Origin: Podarcis bocagei | Taxonomy: Eukaryota | Assembly: GCA_964188305.1 (NCBI GenBank) | Contig: OZ076887.1 | Reading direction: 5' to 3' (one strand) | DNA length: 64,000 nucleotides | Shown: piece after piece, positions 13,370 through 27,110 of the stretch | How positions within the stretch are numbered: position 1 is the stretch's first letter | How the letters are laid out: every line of letters begins with the position of its first letter | Translations under genes and position numbers: made by a program | Notes under the pieces: generated by a model | What the model was told of the DNA's origin: nothing | Seen by the model: the letters and a program-made list of their open reading frames with translations, nothing else | Database searches by the model: none

Positions 13370-14006
13370 TGTTGGAGTGTATATCTATTGCTATATAAAT
13401 TCCAGCCCTGAGAAATTTAGACTCTCCTGCTTAGATGTGTCTCGGGGGCAGGAGGAGGTTGATTTGAAGTTGTGTTGAAGTTACCACCATTTCCTTGTTA
13501 TGGTCGGATCCCTGTTCTAAGAGACCCTTCACCTCTGTGGAGGGGCCTAATTCACTAAGAATCCTAACAGGAAAGGATCCAATACCCCTTCCCTTTCACT
13601 GGAGGAGAAGACTATATTCTTCGAGAAGAGTATATTCTTGGTGGCAAATGGGGGTCATTTCACAGTTACCTATATATAAAGTATATGAAGAGGGAATTTA
13701 GTAAACTCCTCTCCTTTCTGCTCTTTTGTGGGAAGCTGAAAGGAAACTCCCTTTTCTCTCGCCTGAGGAGAGGAGGATTGTGTCCCAATGTAAATTTCTG
13801 CATTGTTCTCCATTCCAAACCCAGCATCCCCCCCCCCCCCGGAAGGCTGGGAATAAGCACCACAAGCAACATTGCACATCATTGCTTAGTTCTTCAGAGC
13901 CTATAATTCATAAATAAGTAAATAAATGTTGTCTGATCATCTTTGTTGTTGAGACAAAGTCTGTCTGGGTCCTTAGGAAATTTTAATCTGAAAATCATCC
14001 ACAACA
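13370..14006 (+). mobile_element. Possible solo LTR
   Basis: TGTTG...CAACA termini, TATA-like runs and AATAAA near 13921; no TSD found. Confidence 0.25.
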
Positions 14007-14417
14007 GCAGTAACTGGTGGAACTACAGCCTTTTTTTAAGCTTTGCTATGCTCACTTAATACTTAAAGTGTAGAGAAACCATTGTGTTTGAGGCCTTTAG
14101 GAAATAGCATCATCAAACTTACTGATAAATTTTAATTGAGCAACTGCCCGTTGGAATTTTCATTTCATTGAAGAGTAGTGATTTTAAGGAGAGCAGCACG
14201 GTGTCCTCAGAGACTGAAACACCGTTCCAAAGAAACAAAAGGCATTTTTCTGAGTTTGTAGAAAGTCTTCAAGAGAAGAGTTACTTCTGTGTTCTCTCTA
14301 GATCAGCTGAAAAATTTGACTATTAAGATTGGGATGGGCATTTAATTATGTGTGTGCATCGTGAGGCTACCTATGAATAAGCAATGGTCTCATGCCAACT
14401 GGGAACCCTTGAAAGTA

Positions 14418-14772
14418 CAGTGGTGCCTCGCAAGACGAAATTAATTCGTTCCGCGAGTTTTGTCGTCTTGCAATTTTTTTCGTCTTGCGAAACACGGTGT
14501 CGGGAAAGTTTTGGAAAAGCTTCAAAAATCACCAAAGTCTTTAAAAAACTCAAAAAAGGCTACCACACCGCGTTCTATGAGTTGCTCCTCGAAGTCAAGT
14601 CGCAACTGTATTAACGGTGTTAAGAAAAAGGAAACAAACTTGCAAGATGTTTCCGTCTTGTGAAGCAAGCCCATAGGGAAAATCGTCTTGCGAAGCAGCT
14701 CAAAAAACAAAAAACCCTTTCGTCTAGTGAGTTTTTTGTCTTGCGAGGCATTCGTCTTGCGAGGTACCACTG
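14418..14772. mobile_element. Tc1/mariner (Tigger/pogo-like) MITE
   Basis: TIRs CAGTGGTGCCTCGCAAGACG / CGTCTTGCGAGGTACCACTG, TA TSD on both sides. Confidence 0.85.
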
Positions 14773-17700
14773 TACAGTGATGCTGCAGAAAGTAAGCCAA
14801 GTTCTTTGTAAGATTCTAAAACTTCTAAAGGGTATATTTACAAGGATCAAACCTCCCAGCTCCCAACTTGTAGCTTTAGAAATAACTCTGATAGGATTTA
14901 GCGTAGTCAGTGCCCCGGCTGGGTGTGGAGAATGTATTGCCATGTAGTATTTAGTATTGGATTGACAGCCTGTAATATAAACATTAGTCCAAACACGATC
15001 TTATACCGAAACTCCGCCCATGCAAGGAGCCAGCCGTCTTCCTGCCACGCGCCATAAATCGTTTACGGTTTGCTCGTGCCAGTGCATTTGAGAAACAGCT
15101 GCACACTGGGATTAGCAGTTTGTAGAGAGCCTCTGCTGAGCTAAATTAGGGCCTACTGCCCTGGTTGTCAATGCTGGTAATGGGGGGGAGTGAAATAGCA
15201 GAAGTGTTTCTCTGCACCAAAAGGCTATTAGTTCAGGGAATGAGGGTGGGGATTTGCGTAGTAGAGGGCAGTGAGTAATGGTGTTTTGGGCTGATAGAGT
15301 AGCTATGTGCTGACATACTTCTTGCTCATGAACAGAGCTGGAATGCCTGATCGATGGTTGCCCCGCATCATGGGGAGATTAGTCATTAAATGGAACCAGT
15401 ATGCCATCAAGCTTTTTTCTGTAGCATGGCAAATGTGCAGGTAAATGTTAACATGCTGAGGAAGAGAGTAGCTTGGCAGTAGGGATGTTTCGTTGGGATT
15501 GCTTTGTTCTCATACAGAATGGCCACCCTTTCCAGTTATTTGGAAGGAGACTTTGTGCCTAATATCCGAAAGATATTTCTGTGTAACTCTTAGGTCTTCC
15601 TTCTGTCCAGTTCTCTTTTCTCATGACCTGTACAGTTTTTTTATTTTTTAATTGCTCTTCTAAACTGCCCTTTACTCAAATGAATTCCCTAAAATATAAA
15701 TGATAGACTTCAGGACAAAGATTAGCAGCAATTACAGATAAAAAATTCAGCAGCAGACATAATACTCCTCAAATTCCCAAACCTTGGAGAGTCTAATCAG
15801 TGCCAACAAAAGCCTGGGTAAACAAGTGTGTTTTACTTGGCACCAGAAACCCATCAGTGTAGAGGCTAACTGCACCTCTGTGTCAGGGAATTCCTTAGTT
15901 AGGGTCTTCTCTGTAGTGGCACCCCATCCCCTGTCACTATACAGTGTTTTATCCCCACTGAAACAAGGAAGAAAGCCTCTTCTGCTGATCTCAGGTCAGC
16001 TTGTAAATGGAAACAGGTATTTTGATTCTGGGCTTATTTCGGACTTTGTTTCTCAGCATTGACACCTTAAATGGGAGCCAGAAATTTATAGGGAGCCAGT
16101 GCAGGCCACACCACTAGCATAATCCTGCATAGATGTTCCAGGCAACAGCCTAGCAACAGTGTTCTGCACTAGCTGGTGTTTTCAAACCATCTTAGAAGGC
16201 ATTTCTGAGTAGGAAAAGCATCATGTTTGGAACAGCTTTGACTTGCACTATGGATGCTGGTCTGATATTAGAATAGCTCCATAATTTCTGTGGGATAAAA
16301 TGTTGGGTGAGATCACATGGAACCTCTTTAATATTCTGTCTTTTTTCATTCTGCAGTTGAGTAAGTGGGCAAGAGGCCACTATATTGTTGGTTACAGAAA
16401 CAGAACAAAAATGATCCATAAATACACACATGCACAAACAAAAAACTAGCCATTTTTTGGAAACCATGTTGCAGAGTTTGGGGTACTTTGCAGAATGTAT
16501 TATTTGTTTATTAAAAACACCCTCAATTCAAATGATTATTTGGAGGATCAGAAATTAGTTGTGCATTAGTGACTTCCTTTTCCATTCCCTGTTTCAACAT
16601 GAACCATAGTTTGCTTTGTTGCCTGCATCAGCAAATTGTGCTTTGTGCTTTCTCTCTAAATCAGAATTAGAAACCTACTTCAAACTATGGTTTCAGATTC
16701 CAGTTTGGAGGGCAAGTTCTAACCAGAGATTGCCAATTCAGACATCACAATACATGATTGTTAGTGCTAAATGGGAAGCAGAGATAGACACTGCATGCAA
16801 GAGGCAAGGAGAGGATGTACAAGTCTGTGGCTTGTACATGGTCTTCTAAAGCACCATTTTGCAGAGCTATCTGATTTTTTATTCATTCTCTTTTCACTTA
16901 ACGCTGGTTGTAAATCCACAATTTTGCTACTTGTGCCCAAGTATTAACCTTAGGACACATTAAAAATTCAGCCTATCACAGATGGACTTCCCATGCTGTT
17001 TGGTAAGTAAAACAGTATTTTATTTACCTGTATGTAGTGAGCTATGCTTGGGAACGACCATTTTAAAATCTTGTAGTTTTATCTGTTGCCATGTCTCTTC
17101 AGTTAGCTCCACTGAGTATTGAACATATTGATGTTCGTATTATATTTATTTTCTGAACCAAAAGGACATTGATAGGGAGGAAAGAAAAAGCCCAATTATG
17201 GCCTGGTTCCCATGTTATGCTAAGCCATGGTTAAGCCAAAGTTTATAAACTGGTAAGAAACCATGGTTTGTGAGATGGTTTGTTCATGATTAGTAAACCA
17301 TGGTTAAGCTACTGGGCCAGGTTCATAAAATGTGGTTTATAAACTGTAGTTAGCATTGCATGCAAACACAGCCATAAAAATATTGAGGTGGAAGTACTTA
17401 GACATAGGCCTTGTTCCCATCTCACTGGAAACCAAACTATTGCTTACTAGAACTGCACAAACATACTGCTTCCTGCACAAGAGCTTATATCCACTTTGCT
17501 GCTCCCTGGTCCTTTTAGCATAGCACTCTGCTGCAGCTAAGCCAGGGTTTGACTTAGTGTGTTGTCTGAACCAGGCTAGAGTCTCTTTTTGCCCATGTTC
17601 CGAGAGCCAAAATAGTATGAACAAAAGGCCATGGAAGGCCCAGGAGCACAGCTCTAGGTTTACAGGGCTTGATTGTGTTCTGTGACAACAAATATATGCT

Positions 17701-18430
17701 TTTTGCAAAAACCTAAATTTCTCAAACTGATGACATTGCTATGACAGGGTCATCAACAATGGGTTGGCTAACTGTATGTATCTGAAAACTTAGTGAATAC
17801 CTGTATCCACAACCTTTTCACCTAGGCACAGTCCCACCACACAAGTTCAAAGGAGCCCACTGATGGCATCCTCTCCAGCACTGTGGGAGGTATTGAAGTA
17901 GGGTCTACAGTCACCGTAAGAGTACTTTGAGCAACACCACCTGAATTCTGGCAGAGGTAGAGAGGAGGTTTAGTCCAAATCGAGTCCCCACAGTTCTCTT
18001 CAGTGCCTATGTCCAGATCACCTTCCCATATAGTTCCCACCAGTGATAATTGGTATATCTGGGAGGCCCCCCTTGAGCTTTCCATCTGGCTGGATGAGGA
18101 AGTACTCATAAACTAACTGTGAGTAGATACCATCTCAACAGCTTCCACACAATGACCTCACCTGGGCAATGCATATTTCTACTTTTGCTCAGAGTGAAGC
18201 CTTGCTGCAATTTGCTGCTAGACACTGTTTTGTTCTTAAGAAACAACTGGAGAGTGGTATGCAAATATAACAAAATGATTGATAGGCATAAATTCAAAGT
18301 CCCACCTCCCCAGCCCATTAGTGTTCCTAAGCAACCATGAGGGCTAGTAACTTTAGTAAAGCAATATGTACTGAAATATAACAGGGTCTCACGAGCTGTG
18401 TCTTGCAGTGCCTTTCCCCAAATAAGTATC

Positions 18431-18505
18431 ATAGAATCATAGAATCATAGAGTTGGAAGAGACCACAAGGGCCATCGAGTCCAACCCCCTGCCAAGCAGG
18501 AAACA
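18431..18505 (-). mobile_element. CR1 LINE 3' end
   Basis: (ATTCTATG)n tail on - strand; near-identical reverse copy at 49030-49097. Confidence 0.75.
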
Positions 18506-18518
18506 CCATCAGATTGTA

Positions 18519-19129
18519 CCGTATTTTTCGCCCCATAAGACGCACCGGCCCATAAGACGCACCTAGTTTTTTGGGGGGGAAATAAAGGAAAAATTTTTTT
18601 ATTTCCCCCCCCAGGTGCGCTGCGCTAATCCCGAAGCTTGGGGCGTGCGGAGCTCAGCACGCCCCAAGCTTCTGGGTGCCGGCAAGGTCTCCGCTAGCCG
18701 TGGGAGAGCCGGGCGCCTCTCCCAGTGCTAGCGGACAGCTGCGCTAATCCCGAAGCTTGGGGCGTGCTGAGCTCAGCGCGCCCCAAGCTTCTGGGTGCGC
18801 GCAAGCAGTCCGCTAGCCCTGGGAGAGCCGCGCGGCTCTCCCATGGCTAGCGGAGCGCTGCACTAATCCCGAAGCTTGGGGCGTGCGGAGCTCAGCGCGC
18901 CCCAAGCTTCTGGGTGCAGGCAAGCTCTCCGCTAGCCCTGGGAGAGCTGGGTCTCCCACAGCTAGCGGATAGCTTCCTGAAGCCTGGAGAGCGAGAGGGG
19001 TCGGTGCGTACCGACCCCCCTCGCTCTCCAGGCTTCAGCGAAAGCCTGCATTTGCCCCATAAGACGCACCCACATTTCCCCTTCATTTTTGGAGGGGAAA
19101 AAGCGCGTCTTATAGGGCGAAAAATACGG
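18519..19129. mobile_element. Tc1/mariner MITE with internal 119-bp palindromic minisatellite
   Basis: TIRs CCGTATTTTTCGCCCCATAAGACGC / GCGTCTTATAGGGCGAAAAATACGG, TA TSD; three units starting near 18625, 18744 and 18863. Confidence 0.85.
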
Positions 19130-21654
19130 TAAATCAAGATTCTTTGTTTGTGTAGAGTTCAACCTACATATAAAGCATGGAGTATTATCCCTCCACTGTG
19201 TGTGTGAGAGATATATTTCTAACCCTCTCTCTCCTCCTGCTGGGTGTTTGTTGTTGCTGCTGGAAGTGATTTTCTTTCCACCCTCACCCCCACCCCATTA
19301 AAAAATCCAAAATAGAGTGTTAGCTTTCTGCCTGAAAGGAGTTAACCTCATGTTGACTGATGAACCTTGGATATGCTTATTTCAAGGGATTGCATGTTGT
19401 CCACCGCACCTGTGTGCATCTACACTCACTGACTTTTAAACTGGGGATAATTCATTGTAGGTCATGATAGTTCTTGGTTTGTTGCTGGCTACTTTTCACA
19501 TGGAAATGTTTTGGAGATACTGTGAATAATTTGGGGGGGTGTTGAGGGGAGGGATTGGACAAGGGAGAGCTGATGGACATGCAAATAAGACTTTAATTCT
19601 CCTTGTCGTATTCTCTTTGCCCAGCTGTATATAGTAACTTCACAGTACGTGTCTCTTCCTATTCCTATGAAAGTAGACTTTGTTCTCTGAAGACTGCTAA
19701 TCATGCCCCATGGGGGTGTAATCAGTTATAAGGTATTTAATATATGCAGGCAGGAACAGGCTGCCTGGCCAGGCTGGCAGATTGCAACACTACAATTATA
19801 AAGGGCCCCTTTCCCCTGCTCTGCCCGCCCACCAGTGGCAGGATGAGGGCTTTGCCCTGAGATGCTGTAAAACATACAAAGGATAAACGTGGGCGGGAGC
19901 TGGGTAAGCGCAGAGACACCTCCTTTGCCTGCCTGCTGTTTTCCTGCTTATCCGAATGCTGGGAGAGACAGTACTGCTGAGACTTCTGGAAGCTGGGAGC
20001 AGTTGGAGGGGGGTGGCTGGTAAAAGGGCTCCCCCCCTCTTTCTTTTGGTGGAGCCTAAAGGGGCTTTTCTTCATGGGCATGTGCTTGGAAACGAGGAAA
20101 CTCATTTCAGTATCTTTGAAGAGAATGGGATTTTTGTTGCATTTCTCTCGCTTGCAGTGCGAATGTGGCACACCCTGCTGCCTCATCGGTCTTTACTTCG
20201 TATTGCCTCTCTATGTTTTTGGCACTTTCCCTGCCCATTTTCATTTTTGTAGGCCGTCCCCCCCCCCCAGTTTTAATTAAAACCATGGTAGCAAACCTTC
20301 CACAACTTTCCAGGTGCTCCCTGTGTTCCTTGATCGTTTACATGAAGCCAAACCACCCCTGGATTGTTGAAGAGCGTTTGCTAAAAAAGCAAAACCAAAC
20401 CGATTGTGCTATAAAATGGAACAAACAAGGCGTGAGCTGTTTGTCTTTGCCTTGCAATAACACTTGGTCTGGGGTTCTAACAAGCTTCTACCTGTAAGGG
20501 GAGTGGGGCAGAAATTGTCTTGGACAATCTCAAGGCAGTCCTGGATTTAAGTTCAGTGCATTTGGAGAGAGAATGTGATTCACACTTTTAGTTTCCAAAA
20601 GCAAACTTGAAAGCAGAACATTTGTGTGAGACAATTAAGAGGGAAGGCAGTGGCCTTCAGCTTGATCTAGGCTTGTCTGGGAAGCTGGCAACAGCTCTTT
20701 TTGAGGTAAACCGTCTCCTATTTCAGTAATGTCCTTTAACTGTATATTATTAGCACAATCCATTCATATTAGTCCTACATAGTGCACACCACGGACAGCT
20801 GCTTGTACTTGACAAAAACTGGCAACCGTTTGAGTTTGATGGAGACATAAGGTTACCTGTTCATATTGTCCACTGTTACTGTACGACGTCACTCATGTCA
20901 GCGCATAAGTGGAGTGGAATTGGCTTTGCTTGTCTTCACAACAGCACTGTAGGGAGATAAAAGTTGTAGTACTGTATTCTGCTTTGCACGTGGGCACTTG
21001 ACACTAAGCCATAACATAGCCAAGGTGGTCCTATAGCTGAAACAGAATCAGAGCTTCTCAGTCTGGAGAAGTTGAATAGGTTGGAGTCTCAGAATTCACT
21101 GTTGCCTTTGTGAAGGAGAAGCAGAATTAGAGAACACTTCTGCCTCTGAAGACTTTGTGGGTGCATAGCATGTATGTAGCTCCACCCTGTGTGGGCGGCT
21201 ATAAGAGCAGGGTCCCCTCCATGTTTACCAGGCATCTGAGACCTTTGCCTTGATTTCTGAGGCTTCCTGTTGTGGCAGGTGGCTCTGAGAGGAAGAGTTC
21301 AGTAGAGCAGAAATCATATCTGCCTTTGCTGACTTTTGGTAGTGTATTTGTGTGAAAGGGTGTTGAGGTGGAGAAGAGAGAGAGAAATACCCTGCGGGGG
21401 GGGGGGGAGAGGATGGTAACCGGCTTTGAAAAAGGGAGTTGTGTTAAACCAAACATTAAAGGGTAGTTTAGCAGTTTCTTTCAGCTTCCTTCTGTTAAAC
21501 CGAGATTTTTAGATGGTTGAATACTGGCTGTTTTGAGCAAAAGCTGGGTTGGCAGGGAGGAAGGGAGAAGCTTCTTACATATTTCTTAAAACCATTCTTG
21601 GCTAGAAGGATCCAGCTGCTTCCCAGCTAGCCCAGTGTACAGAAACAAATGTGC

Positions 21655-21671
21655 ATGCGTGCGTGCGTGCG

Positions 21672-21704
<33 letters not shown>
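21655..21704. repeat. (GT/GC)n(CA)n alternating purine-pyrimidine microsatellite
   Basis: Direct reading. Confidence 0.9.
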
Positions 21705-22240
21705 GAAAGTTATCCTTATGAATTCCCCTTCTCACCCTATTTTGTTTGCTTCAGTGCACTTGGTAGTGGCTCCAGTACTCCTCTGTCTGGGTTCACGGCT
21801 AAGGCAGTGGTGGAGGTCTGTAGCTGGCATAGTTGGAGGGACTGCGGAGGCCACGTGGGCTTGGCTGCTTGTTTTTGTTCTCTGCTTTGCGTGGAATGCA
21901 GTGTGTTTGTCTTTCTTGGCCTGTGGTTTCAGCCTGCATTCCTGCGCATAGAGTCAGCCTGGCGGCAGGCGGCGTGCTGTTCATGCCCTGCGGCTACATG
22001 CTTTCAGCTCCACATCAAAGGTGTGTTTAGTGCGTAGCTTGTGCCGTTCTTGGCCACACCTGGTGGCCTGCAGGCACGCAGGTAGGAGGGGCCTGGATTG
22101 TGTTTGCAGACGGTGTTTTAAGGTTTAGACTTCTTCGCTGTACTTATGAAAGCAGAAGAGCTGAGTTTATGTTAAACAGTGGGGGGGAAATCCACATCCA
22201 TGGTAACTGAGGAACTCAGCAGGGAGAGACGGTTGCTTTA

Positions 22241-22555
22241 GGGTCGGGTGGCGCTGTGGTCTAAACCACTGAGCCTGCGATGGGGTGAGCTCCCGTTGCT
22301 CGGTCTCAGCTCCTGCCAACCTAGCAGCTCGAAAGCAAGTAGATAAATAAGTACTGCTCCGGCGGGAAGGTAAACGGCATTTCCGTGCGCTGCTCTGGTT
22401 TCGCCGGAAGCGGCTCAGTCATGCTGGCCACATGACCTGGAAAAACTGTCTGCGGACAAACATTGGCTCCCTTGGTCAGTAAAGCGAAATGAACGTTACA
22501 ACCCCAGAGTCATTCGTGACTGGACTTAACTGTCGGGGTCCTTTACCTTTACCTT
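22241..22555 (+). mobile_element. Sauria SINE
   Basis: GGTGGCGCTGTGGTCTAAACC head, CTTTACCTTTACCTT tail. Confidence 0.8.
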
Positions 22556-23361
22556 AACCAGCAGCAGCACCTAAAAGCCTACAATAACTGTTGCCTGTTC
22601 CCTTCAAATGGACTAGCTTGTGCTCAATTCAACTCCAGTTAAGGTCAGTTGAGGTGGGTCCACTCCTGCATGTTACTGTTTGGATCCCTGATGACTGGAT
22701 TAGTTGCTTGAGCTATCAGACTGTACCTTCTGAACTGAAGGGGAAATTGGGACTCATCCTACTTCTGCTCTCAGGAGAACAGCCATGGATACCTTTGGTC
22801 CAAATGTGTGGCGTGCTTGGCATCTGCCTGTTCCTGCCAGTCTCCACAACAGAGGTAACTCACATCAGTGTGGTTGTGGGGCTGTTCTGGAAGGAAAGGT
22901 TGACTAGGATGCTTTCTTCCTGGTTGAGTGTGCTCTCTCCAAGTACAGATGATTTAATGCCTTTATAATTGAAGATCTTGCCTGTGATTGAAAGCCCATA
23001 TTTTGGGGTGTTCTTTGAACTGTGGGGGAAAGAGTTTCATGGAAACTGCTTTTCAGTGGGTGCTTCCCATATTCCCAGCTGCGAGCTACAATACTTTGCC
23101 TGGTGTGTGAAAAACTGCTGTTTAGAAAAGTCCTTGTGGTCAGAGGTTTCCTTGTTCTGCAAAAGCACTACCAATTATTTTCTTCCTTTATTCTCCCAAT
23201 CTCGTTGACCTCCCTGGACACATCCCATATACCCAAAGGGTATACATATTTTAAAAGTGCACATAACGGATTGTTAATAGCATATGGTCAGAAGAGCTCA
23301 CCTGTTCCCATTGGCAGGTGGTGGATCTCAACAGAGACCGCAAGTAATACTTTCATTTAGA

Positions 23362-23706
23362 GCGGGTGGGTCTGTGGTCTAAACCACAGAGCCTAGGGCT
23401 TGCTGATCATAAGGTTGGCGGTTCAAATCCCCATGACGGGGTGAGCTCCTGTTGCTCGGTCCCTGTTCCCGCCAACCTACCAGTCAAAAGCACATCAAAG
23501 TGCAAGTAGATAAATAGGTATCAATCCGGCGGGAAGGTAAATGGTGTTTCCGTGCGCTGCTCTGGTTTGCCAGAAGCGGCTTAGTCATGCTGGCCACATG
23601 ACCCAGAAGCTGTATGCTGCCTCCCTCGGCCAGTAAAGTGAAATGAGCGCCGCAACCCCAGAGTCGTCTGTGACTGGACCTAACAGTCAGGGGTCCCTTT
23701 ACCTTT
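23362..23706 (+). mobile_element. Sauria SINE
   Basis: Homologous to the 22241 and 1015 copies; GTCCCTTTACCTTT tail. Confidence 0.8.
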
Positions 23707-26493
23707 AATGTTCACATTGCAATTTGTGAGCTTTAATGGTAGGGTTATGTGAGGATACGGAGACTTGCTACATAGCCATTACTCAATATAGTGCAAGGTG
23801 CACTTACAGATTTTTATTCTGAAGCTCTGTCATGTTCTTCGTCCAGAGCTATGTGCGGGATGCTCCTAGGAGTGGAGTGGTCTGGAATTGTAAGGGTTGT
23901 AGACAAGGCTTTTAGGGTTGAAAAGCCAGGTTTGTCTTCTGCAGTGCAACCTCGACTCGTTCTGGCTTGTCCCATGTAAGAACATAATAAGTCTTTCTGG
24001 ATCAAGGCCCATCTAGTCCGGCATCCTGTTCTCACAATGGCCAGCCAGTCGCCTGTGGGAAGCCTGCAAGCAGGACTGGCATGTGGCCATTTGTGAATCC
24101 CAGAAAACGGCGTTCAGAGTCATATGATCTTGTTCAGTGGAGGCAGAACGTATCCATTGCGGCTAGCAGCCACTCCTAAGTAGAATGTGGTACTTGTGTG
24201 TTCTCTAGCCTCCTCCCCACTCTACTTGTTTGTGGTGATTGACAGTGGAAGGAGCTGATGGGGCAGCACACTATTTTAAGCAGGCTTATAAATAAAAGAG
24301 AGACGAAGGATTCATCTAATAAAAATATATATAAGTTTGTGAGAATCCCCGTGACAACACTACTGTTCTCTGGCTAGAGCTAAAGCTCCCTCTCCTGGAC
24401 AGATTTGCTTCACTGCAGTCATTTAACAAGGCACAAACTATTGATGTAGTGCTGGACTACATATTAAATTCAGTTGTGTGTTTCATTCCTCTGACTTTTT
24501 ATCTTTTCTCCACGGAAAAGTAACTGTGGAAACCATCATCAGGACCATGCAACTTCCTCCCCAGCCCTCTGCCCCCCCGTAGGAAAGCAACATTTTCCCT
24601 GCCATTTGTCTACCCTGAGAAGAATTAAAAGTGTGTATTCCACTCCCAACAACAGCCTCAAAGTCTGTTTCATTGAATAAATAGAAAAGCCAGGGGAACG
24701 TAGCATACAATTTCATGCCATTTGTTGACTGTCCCAACATTTACTTAGCTTGTCAAAATTTTTGATAGAGTCCCTCTTCACTGGTTCTAGGAAACAAAAT
24801 AATGTACAAGATAATGAAGGTTCGGTTTCTTTAGATTTGTAGAATTAACTTTGCTGCAGTACAGAATACTGACTGCTGAAGGCAGGAATGACAACCGTGT
24901 ACCAAAATAATGCTTAGGGGTTGAATCTTAGACCTCAGTCCTTTAAGGACCCAGGAATCAGTTAAGTTGATTCATCTCATTTTCCAGTGGTGTGAAAATT
25001 GTTAGGCATGCTCAGCCGTAACACTTGTATTATGAAATTAGTATTGGAAAGGTGAGGAAATTGAGCTTCTACTCTCTGAACTGGCCATAATTAAAGCTCT
25101 CAGAAAAACAACAGCAAAAACTGCTCCCTGCTTATTTGGAAACCTGGTTATCTAAATCTTCAGCTTCCTGTTGTAACCTGTTTTTTTCTCCGCAGCTGTG
25201 CAGCAACATAATGAATCTGCTTGTGTTTTGGTGGCAGCTGAGTGGTATTGGGAACAGTGATTGTGTGTTGTTGATAAATTTTATAAAAGGCTTAGGATAG
25301 AAGGTGGTGAACAAATGGAAGACAATAATCCACAGTTCATGGAATAATTGATGAGTTTGTTTAAGAATGGAAGTGCATGTATGTGTGTTTTGAACAGAAG
25401 AGGAAAAATGGGCAGTTTGGGGAATGTGGTTTGTTTTTTATAGTTTCTTCCTCCATTCTTTTTAATGCCAAGTTTTCTTAGCCAGATCTTCCGAAGGCTG
25501 CATTAATTTTCTCAAAACAATTTTATCAAACGATGCGCAAACAAGGCCTGTGAGTTCGACTCTGAACTAAATCCAATTTGTAGCTAAATTTCATTGGTGT
25601 TTTGGCATAAATATGAGAACTAATTTTGTGGAATTGATGTTGCTTTTTAAGCCTTAACATGGGTAAGCTGTGACTGTGCTAGTGAACTAGAAGAGGGAAA
25701 GCTGTGGGAGATTGGCTATTTCACATGATCCCTGATAGCATGACTTAGAAGCATCTTATGATATGACTAATCCAGAAAATAACGTAACTTAAAAGTGTTG
25801 AGGCTTATTAGATTCCCATGAATGTGGCTTCCTTATAAGTTATAGAGACCAAGCTTTTTAAAACCAAGCTACTTTTTCTTTTTACCATTATAAAGCTAAC
25901 TGTAAACTATCCATTGCTGTCACTTGACTGTGGCTTTAAACTTTTAAAAACCTGTTTCTCTCAGGGAGCTGCTATTCTCCAGTTACTCTAGTTGTCCTTA
26001 GATAAGATTACTTCTCAAAACCGGATGGAATACCGAATTGCAGATTGTATTGACCTGCTGCTCACTGAGCTCTTAACAGCATCCAAGCCTCTCTGTGGCC
26101 AAGTGAGGGACACCCCGCACAGAAGATCTCTCCTCTGTTTCACAGCAAATTAGGTTGGGCTGTTGTGACTGAGGTGGAATAATGAAAGTATCTGCATAAT
26201 TCATGGCACTCTTCTACTCCAGAATAAATGCCTGTTCAATAAGTACATCAAAGAGTTGAATATTCCTGTCATTTTTTCTTTTTTAAAAAAGGGGGGTAGT
26301 TTTAAAAGCCTTTCCAGTATGCTGTGGAATTGTGGCCTGATGCTCAGGTTCTGTGATACTCATTGAAAACCTAGTTAGAATACTCTGTGTCCAGTGCTGA
26401 CCGTGTTCTTGCCTGTACTGTGGTTTTCTTTGTGTGCTCCTGCGTGTCAAGCCGATTGGTAACTCTCACAAAGTTCCCTTTCTCCGGTTTCAG

Positions 26494-26588
26494 AAGCCGT
26501 TGCCCAGATGCTGTTGGATGTGGTGCGGATACCGCAGACTCAGAGCCGGGAGGACGAACATGTTTGGACAGGACATCACTTTGGGTCT
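26494..26588 (+). other. TJAP1: Candidate TJAP1 5'-UTR exon
   Basis: Polypyrimidine tract and TTTCAG acceptor, strong GTAAGT donor at 26589; not verified by transcript data. Confidence 0.45.
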
Positions 26589-26648
26589 GTAAGTCCCTTA
26601 TTTTATGAGAGGCCTATGTGGGGAATGTCTGCAAGGGGTTGTGCACTG

Positions 26649-26795
26649 CAGTGGCGTAGCGTGGGTTGTCAGCACCCGGGGCAAGGCAAGTAATTTGTGC
26701 CCCCTAACCCGTGGATTTGCGCCCCCTAACCCTAACCCCCAGATGTTGCGCCCGGTGCGGCCGGCCCCCCCTGCACCCCTTACGCTACGCCACTG
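26649..26795. mobile_element. hAT-type MITE with CCCTAA motifs
   Basis: TIRs CAGTGGCGTAGCG / CGCTACGCCACTG; 8-bp TSD GTGCACTG/GTGCAGTG. Confidence 0.8.
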
Positions 26796-26904
26796 GTGCA
26801 GTGGTACCCTGGGTATTTTGTCATGTGCAATGGACGGGAGGAAGGGAGCTGAGCAGGGGACGTGTATGTTGTACTCTAGAACCCAGCAGGACACAGGAGA
26901 AGCT

Positions 26905-27110
26905 GGTACCCCTGGTTGCGAATGGGATCCGTTCCAGAGGCCCATTTGCCACATGAAAAGAGCACATCCTGAAGTGCCGTATCTGCGCAGGTGCGCGGCG
27001 TGATTTGGCACTTGTGTGCATGTGCGAAGCAGCAAAACCTGGAAGTAACCCTTTCCGGTACTTCTGGGTCGCCGCGGGACGTAACCTGAAAGAACGTAAC
27101 ATGAACGTAA
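26905..27110. mobile_element. Tc1/mariner-type MITE (degenerate reverse copy of 63687-63899)
   Basis: Shared internal sequence (GTGCGCGGCGTGATTTGGCACTTGTG...) in opposite orientation. Confidence 0.6.

Noticed and set aside
17200-17340. Clustered AACCATGGTT palindromes
   Set aside because: Probably an old degenerate palindromic repeat; no TIR or TSD boundaries could be defined
18620-18980. CRISPR-like array of palindromic repeats
   Set aside because: The intervening segments are themselves repeated, the array lies inside a TA-flanked MITE in vertebrate DNA, and there are no cas genes
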